Assembly: GCA_963765895.1 (NCBI GenBank) | Contig: CAVXZB010000023.1 | Location: 224,001 to 288,000 of the forward strand | Source: an uncultured Nitrososphaeraceae archaeon | Lineage (GTDB): Archaea; Thermoproteota; Nitrososphaeria; Nitrososphaerales; Nitrososphaeraceae | Reading direction: 5' to 3' | Length of the DNA: 64,000 bases | Part shown: positions 10,972 through 21,717 of the stretch, one piece after another | Position numbering within the stretch: position 1 is the first letter of the stretch | Layout of the letters: each line of letters starts with the position of its first letter | Made by a program: the position numbers and the translations under genes | The notes under the pieces: model-generated | What the model was told of the DNA's origin: nothing | The model's input: the letters and a program-made list of their open reading frames with translations, nothing else | The model's database searches: none

Positions 10972-12375
10972 TTACTCTACAAGTATTTTGCTTGCCAAGT
11001 CTTTAACTGCGACTGACTTTATATTAACAAATTCTTTGATACCGAATTCAGATAGCTCTCTACCAATACCAGAATATTTGACCCCTCCAAATGGTAGCCG
11101 AGGGTCTGATCGAACCATCTCGTTAACCCTCACTATACCACTTTGGATCTGTCTTGCCAATCTGACTCCCTTTTCCAAATCGTTCGTCCAAATACTTGCC
11201 CCTAAGCCAAATTCAGAATTGTTTGCCTCTTGAATTGCCTCAGATTCATTATTTACGATTATAACTGGAGCTGCAGGCCCAAACACTTCTTCTCTTACAA
11301 CGGCCATATCTGAGCTTACATTGGATATTACGGTTGGTTCATAGAAATAACCATTACCTGAAATTTTCTTTCCTCCTGTTAAAATCTCTGCCCCCTTAGC
11401 TTTAGCGTCTTCTACCTGTTTTTCTAAAGCTTGTCTTTGAGTATCTCTGACTAATGGGCCAACAGTAGTTTTGGGATTCATTGGGTCTCCCACTACTTCG
11501 CTTCTCGTATTTTCCACAAACAGTCTTAGGAACTTTTCTGCAACGTCCTTTACTACAATGAATCTCTTTGCTGCAATACAGCTCTGCCCGGTATTTAAGA
11601 GTCTAGACTGCGCAGCGAGTTGTGCAGTTTGAATTAGGTCGGCATCCTCCAACACAATAAAAGGATCGCTACCTCCCAATTCCAAGACATACTTTTTTAA
11701 ACCCTTAGACGCAAGTTCTCCTATACGTCTCCCCGTTTCAACGCTCCCTGTCACTGATACTGCATCAACTCCAGGAGCTTGGACTAATGCCTCTCCAGCT
11801 CTATAATCTCCGATAACCGCTTGAAATACATCTTCTGGAAATCCTGCATATTTAAAAGCTTTCTCTATCTCCAGCGCGCTCCCAAGACATACGCTAGAAT
11901 GCTTCAGTATTCCTACATTGCCTGCAATCAGTGCTGGAATTGCATATCGCATAACCTGCCAGAAAGGAAAGTTCCATGGCATGATGCCAGCGATAACGCC
12001 TAAAGGTTCAAAAGACACAAAGCTCTTGCGAAATTCTGTTGGAATTATTTCATCTCTAAGAAATGATTCTGCATGTTCAGCATAATAATCACATAGCCAT
12101 TCGCATTTGTCAATTTCGGCTGCTGACTGCTTGATGGGTTTACCCATTTCCTGAGTCACAAGAGTGGAATATGATTCCTTATTTTTCCTAAGCACTTTCA
12201 CCAGATTTCTGATATAATCGCAACGTTCCGTTATCTCCTTTCTTCTCCAAGACTCAAATGCGATCCTGGATTTTTTAACAATTTGAGATATCTGTGCCGC
12301 ATCCATAACATCAAAAGTGCCAACTATATCTTCGGTAGCAGGATTGATTGTCTGAATTTTGCTATTGTTGGACAT
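10972..12375 (-). CDS. NAD(P)-dependent aldehyde dehydrogenase, succinate-semialdehyde dehydrogenase (Sad/GabD1)-like
   Basis: IMPWNFPFWQ, TGS, LELGGSDPF, GQSCIAAKR, EEVFGP, LPFGGVKYSGIGRE. Confidence 0.9.
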   Translation of the reverse strand: MSNNSKIQTINPATEDIVGTFDVMDAAQISQIVKKSRIAFESWRRKEITERCDYIRNLVKVLRKNKESYSTLVTQEMGKPIKQSAAEIDKCEWLCDYYAEHAESFLRDEIIPTEFRKSFVSFEPLGVIAGIMPWNFPFWQVMRYAIPALIAGNVGILKHSSVCLGSALEIEKAFKYAGFPEDVFQAVIGDYRAGEALVQAPGVDAVSVTGSVETGRRIGELASKGLKKYVLELGGSDPFIVLEDADLIQTAQLAAQSRLLNTGQSCIAAKRFIVVKDVAEKFLRLFVENTRSEVVGDPMNPKTTVGPLVRDTQRQALEKQVEDAKAKGAEILTGGKKISGNGYFYEPTVISNVSSDMAVVREEVFGPAAPVIIVNNESEAIQEANNSEFGLGASIWTNDLEKGVRLARQIQSGIVRVNEMVRSDPRLPFGGVKYSGIGRELSEFGIKEFVNIKSVAVKDLASKILVE

Positions 12376-12766
12376 ATTTGTATATCTACGAGTCTCTCTA
12401 TATTATCTAATCTGCTCGACATTGATTATCAGATGAAATCTCGAAATGGGTATTTCCTATGGGATGTAGCCGTCTAGAATTATGCCCTATAAATGGATAA
12501 GCTCGATTATTGCATTTTCTGGAAGAATCCTTTGACTCAACAAATTATAAAATTAATTGATAGGTGTCAATTATCTGTTCTATTATTCGGATAGATGACA
12601 CAACCTGAGCCTTTATCTCTAACTTCAGCATACTATTCCTCTCAAAAAAAGTCATGGGTACTTGTTATAAATAATAGACCAGATAAAATATCGACAGAAA
12701 TTAAATACGATCACATTTATTATACTATCTTACAAACTCTCTATTAAAAATGCAGTCCTCTCTGTT

Positions 12767-13186
12767 TTGATGCGTGAAGGAAATAGATCAAGTAAATTCC
12801 TGTTTATCGTAGGAATAACCGTGGTGCTAGTTCTAGGAACCAGTTTTATCCATATTGCAAATGCTCAAGAGAAAGACAGCAAAAATACAAATGTTGCAAA
12901 ATCGAATGAAAAGACTTCAAAAAAGAATTTGACCGAATTATCAAAGTGTGAATCCGATCTGTCTAAGGATGACGGTCAACTAACTTCAGCGGATGTTCGA
13001 GACTGTTATGGCCAAATATTTCAAAACTCAAATCATACTGGAGTACAAACATCCAAAAGGGACTTGACCGAATTATCAAAGTGTGAATCCGATCTGTCTA
13101 AGGATGACGGTCAACTAACTTCAGCGGATGTTCGAGACTGTTATGGCCAAATATTTCAAAACTCAAATCATACTGGAGTACGTTAG
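12767..13186 (+). CDS. Secreted protein with tandem 45-aa Cys-containing repeat
   Basis: Signal peptide ending ANA-Q; two copies of LTELSKCESDLSKDDGQLTSADVRDCYGQIFQNSNHTGV. Confidence 0.75.
   Translation: MMREGNRSSKFLFIVGITVVLVLGTSFIHIANAQEKDSKNTNVAKSNEKTSKKNLTELSKCESDLSKDDGQLTSADVRDCYGQIFQNSNHTGVQTSKRDLTELSKCESDLSKDDGQLTSADVRDCYGQIFQNSNHTGVR
12929..13181 (+). repeat. Identical 118-bp direct repeat, period 135 bp
   Basis: 12929..13046 equals 13064..13181. Confidence 0.95.
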
Positions 13187-13277
13187 GCAGTACAAATATC
13201 AAATGATATATTGAACAAAATAGCATGAATCCATTAGCATAATATTAAATAAAATCCTGATCGCTATCAAATAAACT

Positions 13278-13945
13278 TCAGCTATCCCTTAGCCTTCTTT
13301 TTCTCCTGATAATCGCCTCGACTTTTATAGTTGCTAACAGATATGAAAGCGTAGGATTGATGGCCGTTATAGCCGCAGGAAATCCCGAGAGTCCCTCCGA
13401 AACACGGAGAGTAAATGTAATATCACATAGATGAGTGAATTCTTTGACCTTTATATCTGCATTTATCAATCCGCTCTCTACCTGCTGCAGGATTTTTTTT
13501 ATAATCCAAGTTGCGTCTCTAAAGTCGGCTATGACGTGTAGTTTCATCTCTTTACCCGTCCAAAGCTCTGGCAAATTCGTAAGGAGGCTTGTCACATAAT
13601 CGTCACCATCTGAAATCTGTGACGGTGAGGTTACGGGTTCCTTGTTCTCACTTGGCAGTTCCCTTGTTAAAGGACGAATATTCTTATCTGAGCCTCTATC
13701 CTGATAATGATTCTCATTTTGTACGTAGTCCAGATTGTCATCCATTCCTACTTCAGACTGGGTTTGGTGTGACTGTGCATCTTCTATTTCTCGAGACAGA
13801 CCCAAATCAGTGTTTGTCGAATAATTTACTTGAGGTTCGACATAGCTTAGGTTATCTTTTTTTCTTGTGATTCTGAAAATGACGAGAATTCTTCATCGGC
13901 GGGTTTTTGTTTCAATTTCTTCTGAAACCAGTCCTTAAGTCCCAC
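13278..13945 (-). CDS. Hypothetical protein; N-terminus out of frame at an A7 run (about 13857-13863)
   Basis: GTG at 13945 gives MGLKDWFQKK...SQEKK and joins ORF 13278..13805 if one A is added. Confidence 0.55.
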
Positions 13946-14079
13946 AACAGTACATTGATACACCTTCTTTATAGAACTTTTGTGACCATTAGTAATACGA
14001 CCTCTTCTTGATGACTAACCCCCAAACTATGGTACGGGAGTTATCAGGTACTTTTTATGACAAATGACTATCTAAGAAA

Positions 14080-15601
14080 TCAGACATCATAATAGTACAA
14101 AAATTGCTCGCGACTTGGATTTTTCACCGACTTTTTTCGTTTCAGCTTCTTTGATGGTTAGATATGTTTCAATTAACTCATCGCTAAAGCAAATTTTGAG
14201 GTAATCCAAATCACTCTTCAACCTTTCCAGCGAATCTTGCAATGTGCGCGGCAAGGATTGAATTCCAAGACTGATCCTTTTAGATTCTGACATTTTGTAT
14301 ATATTTTCGTCAATCGGAGATCCAGGATCAATTTTTTTCTGGACGCCATCAAGCCCAGCTGCTAATATCGCTGGAAAGACTAGATAAGGATTTGAGGAGG
14401 GGTCTGGAGCTCTAAATTCAAGTCGCTTTGTCTTGTAGTTGTCTTTATCGTTTATAGGTATGCGGATAACTGTTGATCGATTTCCTCTAGCCCATGCAAT
14501 ATAAACTGGAGCTTCAAATCCTGGAACTATTCGATGGTAAGAATTTACCGTAGGTGCAACTAATGCTGCTAGTGAAGGAGAGTGATCGAGAACACCTCCA
14601 ATAAAATAGCGGCCAACCTGACTAAGATTGGAGTACAAGTCATCAGTATCATAAAACACGTTGCGATTATTCTCTAGAGACGACCCAAGTGAAGATTTTG
14701 TCCACAAACTTAGACTAACATGCATGCCTGAACCATTATCATTACTATCCTCGCTACAACTAGGATCTCCTTTCCTCGAAGTGATAGAACCATCGAAAAT
14801 TGGCTTGGGCATGAAATTCGCAATCCGATTGTTTTTCTTTGCCACATTTTTGACTACGTCCTTGTATGTTTGGACATTATCTGCGCTTTTGGTTAGGCTG
14901 TTATGAACAAAATTTATTTCGATCTGGCCACTACTAGCTACCTCATGATTTAAGTTCGTTACATTTATGCAATAATAGTCCTTCAGAATCCTTGCAACTT
15001 CGAACCTGAAATCTAACAATGAATCTTGGAATGGGGGTGCATCATATCCTCCTTTGGTTCTAATCGGGTAGTTCCCCATCCCTATTTTTTCTTGAGATAT
15101 AATGTCCGGGCCATCTACAGCATTTTCCCCAGAATTCCGATGATCATGAAATAGTATCTTATCAAAGATGAAACATTCGACTTCTGCTCCAACCTGACAT
15201 GTTAGGCCCTTTTCAGCAAGGCGTTCCTCCATAATTTGTGAAACATATCGTGGGTCTTTGCGTAATCTACCTTGTTCATATCCGTGGTAGACGTCTGAGA
15301 TTACCGAAGCTGTTATCTGCTTTGTAAATGGGAACAATCTGAGAGTATATTTGTCAGGAATTAAAACCAAATCAGAGTCATTGATAGTGGTAAAACCTTC
15401 GACAGATGAACCGTCAAGGCCTATCCCATTAGTGATCAACTTTTGTAGCTGGTCATTATCAGTCATTGCATATTTCGCGAGGAATCTACCAAATACGTCG
15501 GTATATCTAACCTGAAGAAACTCTAGATCTTGCATATTATTGCTACTTTCACTTTGGTTGAGCGAGGAGCCAATTATAGCATCATAACTCTTGTTAGGCA
15601 T
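14080..15601 (-). CDS. glnA: Glutamine synthetase type I (apparent +1 indel near 14107; corrected end QFLYYYDV)
   Basis: LDGSSVEGF, AEVECFIF, HEVASSGQIEI, FMPKP, NGSGMH, PGFEAP, NRSTVIRIP, RLEFRAPDP. Confidence 0.93.
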
Positions 15602-16338
15602 ATACTTAGAAGATAACTAATCGAATATAATGTTTGTTATAAAAAATACTGACAATTGACAATCAGTTAGGCAGGGTTAATAGCGATTGTTAGATCCTAT
15701 CTATCTCTGGCTATTTTAATAAAACGTACGTTAAATTTTAGTATCATGCGTTTTGGGAAGATGTTCGCACGATCATGCACCATATTAGGAGTATTATAGT
15801 ATCGTGATAAATCATTAGTAATCTTTATAGTAATCTCCACAAAATCCGAAACGAGGATGACTTATCGTCAATGGCCGATTTCTGATCATAGAAACATAAG
15901 CAATTGTAAGGAGATTACAAATCAAAGCTATTTGAATGAGGCTTCTGATTCGGCTAAGAAATCTTCGTTAACAATCCTGCAGAATATTAAGATTCTTGTC
16001 AATTCATTGAAATAAAAATCATCATAGAAGAAGAATAAATGACGGTAGAGATTTAGAAGACCAGAATTTAATATAGGACACGATATGCTTCTTGTATTGG
16101 TAACAAAGAGGTTATTGCATTCTATCAACAATTATCGAAAAGCATTCGTGTAGGTGAAATGGTGAAATGATAATCTCGATAAAGGAATTACACATATTGG
16201 GACACAAGTCAAAAGATAATATCTTTTCTTACAAATCATACTGTCGATATTCTTTAATACATTCTGGATGTGACTACAGATCAGAAGAAAATGAAACGTG
16301 GATCGAATAATTACCTAACAGTAATCTGATATTCTAAA

Positions 16339-16926
16339 TTAAGGGTGAGCTGATTGCATATGTTTGGAGAGAACCTCTTTATCACCATACTCTTTTTGAC
16401 AGTGAGGACATACTAACATCGCTTTTTTATCTTTTAGTTGGGTTGATGCAAAGGGGTTCAGTATACACAACGATGTCGTCGCAGTTGCTGCATTGATTGT
16501 CTCCATTGCCGCTTTTTCCATTTTCGTCATTATGTCATCTCGGCTCACGATACCCAAGACGCTATTCGAAGTTGTTACAACAAGCTGTCTAATAATATGT
16601 TTTTCCATAACAGAGAGGGCGTCTACGATAGACATTTCAGGAGGAATAGAGATTACAGGAGCAGACATTACTTCCTTAATCTGTATCTTGGCTGGTGATT
16701 TGTGAATCGCAACCACTTTAAAAAGTACGTCCGTTTTTGATACTAATCCGATGACTTGCTCGCCATGATCTGATACAAGGATGGAACGTACGAGGTTGTC
16801 TTTCATTGCAGTGATCGCGTCCGCAACTGTTCTAGACTGCTCTAAAATGATGACATTCGAATTCATTGCAAATGAGACAGGCATGGATAATAGAGAAGAT
16901 CGATTGACATTTTTATCTTCTATCAC
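16339..16926 (-). CDS. Tandem CBS-domain protein with C-terminal C2H2 zinc finger
   Basis: Two CBS repeats (IGLVSKTD, LGIVSRDD); CPHCQKEYGDKEVLSKHMQSAH. Confidence 0.88.
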   Translation of the reverse strand: MIEDKNVNRSSLLSMPVSFAMNSNVIILEQSRTVADAITAMKDNLVRSILVSDHGEQVIGLVSKTDVLFKVVAIHKSPAKIQIKEVMSAPVISIPPEMSIVDALSVMEKHIIRQLVVTTSNSVLGIVSRDDIMTKMEKAAMETINAATATTSLCILNPFASTQLKDKKAMLVCPHCQKEYGDKEVLSKHMQSAHP

Positions 16927-17377
16927 TATACTATATTATTATGAGAATTATTTAAATAAATTTTATGATTAGCCCTAACTATCCAGTCTGGAGTTTTTGA
17001 CGTGCAGAAAGAATGCGTATACTGCAAATCGGTTACTCTAATTTCAATATCATCCTCTGGGCTCAGTTTTGTGCTCTATCCCCAATCAAAGATATGAATC
17101 ACGCTTTCATCTTGCCCTTTTCCGGATACAAATTTAAATCCCAAGTCAAATCTAGAACAGTTAACATTAAAAGACAGGATAATACTGTGCTATACTATGG
17201 CATGCAGTTTCTCGATCTATAACAAACATAAATGTGTAGTCCCCTTTACTATAATCAGCTTAGAATTTTATTTGTGAATTTCATTGTTAATCAATAAACA
17301 ACTTAAAGCTGTTAAACAACTTTTCTTGATGTACAATAACAATAACTTATCTCGCAGACAGTACGAGGTATTACAAT

Positions 17378-18055
17378 ATGTCATTTGGAAATAAATGGAG
17401 TCGACCTCAACACGGCGAGAGCGTTAGTGAAAGCGTTAGGAATAAACTTCGCGAAGGGATAAAGTCATCAGAGCCGCTAAAGCCGCGAATAGAAGAGGCT
17501 CAAAAAAAATTACAGATGCAGATTTCCAAGTTAGATGCGATATCAACGAAGATGAACGAAAAAGATAAGCTAATCTTTGATCGTGTTATCCAGGCAGTTC
17601 AAAATCATGATAGCCAATACGCCAAATTGTTGTCCAATGAATTATCTCAAGTTCGCAAAATGAACAGTATGGTTGATTCCGCTAAATTGGCCTTAGAGCA
17701 AATCCAGTTGAGGCTAAATACAATGACAGAGCTTGGAGATGTGGTGGTCACTCTAAGTCCGGCTATGTCGGTCATAAAGGGCATACAAGGAGGAGTATCA
17801 TCTATGATGCCAGAAGCAGATCAATCACTAGGACAAATATCAGATTTATTAGGCAATATCATGACTGGAACCGGTCAAGCCATTTCATCATCTACCGTAG
17901 CTAAAGATATAGGGGTTACAAGTCTAGACGAAGAAGCTATGAAGATAATCGAAGATGCTACTGCAACCGTGGAGGAGAGTACAAGAAGCAAATTTCCTGA
18001 CCTGCCATCATCTAATGGTATTAGTTCCAGACGAACTGAAACATCTGTCTATTAG
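17378..18055 (+). CDS. ESCRT-III/Snf7 family cell-division protein (CdvB paralog)
   Basis: Coiled coil with PLKPRIE, LSNELSQVRKM, LALEQIQLRLNTMTELGDVVVTLSPAM typical of thaumarchaeal CdvB family. Confidence 0.88.
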   Translation: MSFGNKWSRPQHGESVSESVRNKLREGIKSSEPLKPRIEEAQKKLQMQISKLDAISTKMNEKDKLIFDRVIQAVQNHDSQYAKLLSNELSQVRKMNSMVDSAKLALEQIQLRLNTMTELGDVVVTLSPAMSVIKGIQGGVSSMMPEADQSLGQISDLLGNIMTGTGQAISSSTVAKDIGVTSLDEEAMKIIEDATATVEESTRSKFPDLPSSNGISSRRTETSVY

Positions 18056-18337
18056 AGACGTCCAATTTTTTTATGAATCATGTGTGTTATCCATTATAGG
18101 AAACTATCTATTTGAACTATGGATAAGTCCAATATCAACCCCTAATTACAATAAGCAATACTAAATGATTAAAATAAATTCCAGATCAAGAATCTGTTAT
18201 ATTATCAGATTATTGTTACCTTCAAAGTGAGCCATTTTCTTATGTGCTAAAATTAGATAAATGTATTGCATTGTATTTAAAGGCATTATAATTACGGTAT
18301 AAGCACATATGGATCCATACCACTATAATCATGATCT

Positions 18338-18481
18338 ATGCGTGAGTTGTGTAGCCGCTGCGGTGATCCGAACACTGATATGTATTGTTGTCAGCACACC
18401 AATGACAAATATATCTGCAAGGTTTGCTATGAAGAAATACATTGGCTGATTAATAATTATACGAATGGACATGAGAATTAA
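18338..18481 (+). CDS. 47-aa Cys/His-rich zinc-finger microprotein (not in ORF track)
   Basis: Manual translation MRELCSRCGDPNTDMYCCQHTNDKYICKVCYEEIHWLINNYTNGHEN*. Confidence 0.7.
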   Translation: MRELCSRCGDPNTDMYCCQHTNDKYICKVCYEEIHWLINNYTNGHEN

Positions 18482-18567
18482 TAGATATAGACAATTATTA
18501 TATTATTATTATTATATTAAGTTGTAATATATTTCGGTTAATTCTTTGAGCTAATCCTTAATTTTTC

Positions 18568-19722
18568 TTAAAATCTAGAATACTCGCTTCCAGCCAAAGA
18601 TGTACCTCCTATCTCCTTTAGATATTTCATCTTGATAATCTTCTTAAGTTTACTAGCTGAATATCCGAAGAGATCTAGTCCTGAGATCCTAGAAATCGCA
18701 AATTCCGAGCCTATTGAAATGGCGTAGGTAGATGCTGGATCAGAGGGCTTGAATTTGCGAAGTGGTTTGCCATTTATCTTGGCCCAGATATTATATGCAG
18801 CAACTTTCCCGTGCTCTTTGGCGAAATATGCATTAGTCGGTAGAGGCCGGCCGTAATTGTCTAATAAGAGAGCTGAATCACCAATTACGAAGACATCATC
18901 TCTACCAGCTGGTTGCAAGTGACTATTAACTAATACTCTGCCCTTTTCGCCTATGTTCAGCCCTATTTGTTTAAGCAGAGGACTAGCAACTACACCACCA
19001 GTCCAGATAAACAAACTGCTCCTTATTTCGATATCATTTCTGAGCCGAACCGAATTTGATCTAATTTCTACTATAGAATACTCCTTGCCTACAAGCAATC
19101 GAACGTTCAAACTATCAAGGTAAATTTTCGCCCATTTGACCGCTTCATTGGGAAAGCCACTGAGCAAATTCGCTGATACCAATACGACCTCCGTGAGATT
19201 AGATTCAGGATTACTACCTTGTAGCGTTGCAATTTCTCCAGCAAGCTCAACTCCGGTAGCCCCACCTCCACCTACAACAATTGTTTTTCCCATTCCCATA
19301 TTAGGTAAAGCTGTAGCTATTTTCTGAGCATCTTCTATGCTATTAAATTGAAATGCAAACTCGTTCATACCAGGGATATCTGGAATGAATGGCCGACTTC
19401 CCAATGATAGGACTAAAAAATCATATTCCAATGTACGAGAAATCTGTGAACTATTTACCATCGATACGGTCTTACTATCCAAACTAATATCCTTAATATC
19501 GGCCTGAATGAATTCGATATTTCGATTTTTTAGGATTTCTCTATAATAAATTATGGAAAATCCTCGCTTTGAAATAATTTCAGGCAAACTTGGGAGTAGT
19601 GTGTGATATTCTCTTTTATCGATTAGCACTATTTTTGATCTTGTGCCCCTTATTAGGCGTTCCACGGTTATGGCCGTTTGCAATCCAGCGTAGCCACCTC
19701 CTGCGATTAGAACCAGTACCAA
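18568..19722 (-). CDS. FAD-dependent oxidoreductase, type II NADH dehydrogenase-like
   Basis: Two Rossmann motifs GGGYAG and GGGATGVELAGE; YDFLVLSLGS, WTGG, VFVIGDSA. Confidence 0.85.
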   Translation of the reverse strand: MVLVLIAGGGYAGLQTAITVERLIRGTRSKIVLIDKREYHTLLPSLPEIISKRGFSIIYYREILKNRNIEFIQADIKDISLDSKTVSMVNSSQISRTLEYDFLVLSLGSRPFIPDIPGMNEFAFQFNSIEDAQKIATALPNMGMGKTIVVGGGGATGVELAGEIATLQGSNPESNLTEVVLVSANLLSGFPNEAVKWAKIYLDSLNVRLLVGKEYSIVEIRSNSVRLRNDIEIRSSLFIWTGGVVASPLLKQIGLNIGEKGRVLVNSHLQPAGRDDVFVIGDSALLLDNYGRPLPTNAYFAKEHGKVAAYNIWAKINGKPLRKFKPSDPASTYAISIGSEFAISRISGLDLFGYSASKLKKIIKMKYLKEIGGTSLAGSEYSRF

Positions 19723-20068
19723 GGAAACTCTATTTTTGGTTAGGATGTTAATTGGTATTAACTATTATGTCATTAGTAATTAGATATAGATAAAAGTAGG
19801 TCAGTTATGATAGACTTCATTCGATATATCAGGATAAAGTAATACTTAAGAAGGATCCAAAGGTGGTTTTCATTGTTCAAACATTATTTGTCCAGTATTT
19901 CAGATAAATTATGCAGATAAATTGAGCGCCGAGTACCTACAATTTTGTATTGAAATGTATAGAAAAATCGTAGAAACATGATACACCAAGTGTAAGCGAG
20001 ATCGCGACTTATCGATATTTATATATAACAAATTATTAGCACTAAATCATCAATTATAGCGACGGTGT

Positions 20069-21029
20069 ATTCCTATACAAGTAATAATTATTTCTCACGA
20101 ATCAGATCTAGACGGGATATATTCGGCTTCTATTGGATTAATGCGATATCCACAAGCTTCTACCTACTTTCTCAGTTATGGGACCGAATCTTTTGGAAAA
20201 TTGGCAAAATATCTTCAAACCATAATTAGTTCAACGAAAATGGCCGGGATAGTCTTAGTTTCAGATTTAGGAATGAATGATGATAGTAATCTAGTTGAGA
20301 TATGCAGCGAGATATTCGATTATTTAGAACAAAATAACTGGAAAGCGACTTGGATAGATCATCATCCTTGGCCAATTAAGGTAGTGAATACTTTTGCCAG
20401 GCGTATCGAACTAGTTCTTGATGATTCAGGTAATAAGTGCGCTGCCAGATCTGATGTACGGCTATCTTCTAAAAGATAACGTGGTGGCAGCGAAGCTCGC
20501 AAGTATGGCGCATGCAATGGATTTTTTTACCAAGGAGGAGTATCTAACTCCGGTGGCAGAGCTTATTCGTTATTATAGCAATTTCGAAGATTTCTATGAA
20601 CGACTAACTAAGTTAGCTCGAAAAGCGTCTGAGGGAATACTCTGGGATATAGAAATGGGGATTGAATATAGCCATTATGTTAACCTGCGTGATTACGAGA
20701 AGAAACAGTCAATATCCTCAATGAAAATTAAAGATGTAGACGGTATTAAAGTTGTATTTGTCAAATCCTCTCGTAATATTCAAAATAGTCTATTTGCTGA
20801 TGAATTATTTTCGTTAACTAAAGCTGATATTGTAATGCTTTATAACTCAAATGGAGATGTAAGTATTAGGCGAAATAATGATTCGATAGCATGTAATCAG
20901 ATAGCAAACAATCTTTTTAACGGAGGAGGTCATAAGTTTGCCGCCGGAGCAAGTTTTCGTAGTAATCCACTTGATGTTGATGCCGTAATATCAGAACTAG
21001 AAGCAGCTATACGAGCTAGTCTTATCTAG
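20069..21029 (+). CDS. DHH/DHHA1 family phosphoesterase (apparent +1 indel near 20446; start uncertain)
   Basis: IISHESDLDG upstream of the tracked ATG, SDLG, WIDHH, and C-terminal GGGHKFAAG across two overlapping ORFs. Confidence 0.85.
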
Positions 21030-21477
21030 CAAAAATTGAACAGGTAAATTTGTATATATCAATAGGCCAAAAAGAATTGTAGCATTTCACACAAGATCAG
21101 TTATGAAATTGAAGATGGCGTCTCTATAATACTGATCTGATATATAGAGTTACTAATCATTTGAAATATTTCATACCATACTGTCTTGCCTCCAATCAAA
21201 CTTGATCCTCTTAAAGGATTGCAAAATAGTACCAATCAAATCCAATAGACCGATCCAACTCAACCGTAATTATCTGATTTTATAGACTTGAATCTATTAG
21301 GTGATAATAGATGGCGTTCATGATAGCATATGAAAATTAATACTATCGTAACACCGATATTACAAGATTATAAAAAAAAAGGAAACGGTAAAGATCTTAT
21401 TTCAAATCTTTCTAATTTTGGATACTCTAAACTCTAAATGAGTTATCGATTATCCAACCTTCTCATCTCGTTTAGAT

Positions 21478-21717
21478 CTAGTGCTTGTTGTATTTATTAT
21501 GATGATGGTGGTGATGATGGTGGTGATGATGGTGGTGGTGATGATGGTGGTGATGATGGTGGTGATGATGGTGGTGATGATGGTGGTGGTCAGAATGCTT
21601 ATGTTTGTATGCTAATGCATGGCTTCCGACTAGAGGGCCAGATGCAAATAGCACTACGATTGCGGCTATTGCAACAACAGTTAAGGTTGCTGCGACGTTC
21701 TTGCTTAAATTTTGCAT
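21478..21717 (-). CDS. Secreted poly-histidine peptide (signal peptide plus H30)
   Basis: Hydrophobic signal ending ALA, then YKHKHSD, 30 His, NKYNKH. Confidence 0.75.
   Translation of the reverse strand: MQNLSKNVAATLTVVAIAAIVVLFASGPLVGSHALAYKHKHSDHHHHHHHHHHHHHHHHHHHHHHHHHHHHHHNKYNKH
21499..21588. repeat. CAC/CAT trinucleotide tract organised largely as 12-bp units
   Basis: Plus strand approximates (GGTGGTGATGAT)n over 90 bp. Confidence 0.95.

Noticed and set aside
12929-13181. Direct repeats as a possible CRISPR array
   Set aside because: Two long in-frame coding repeats with no spacer series and no cas genes.
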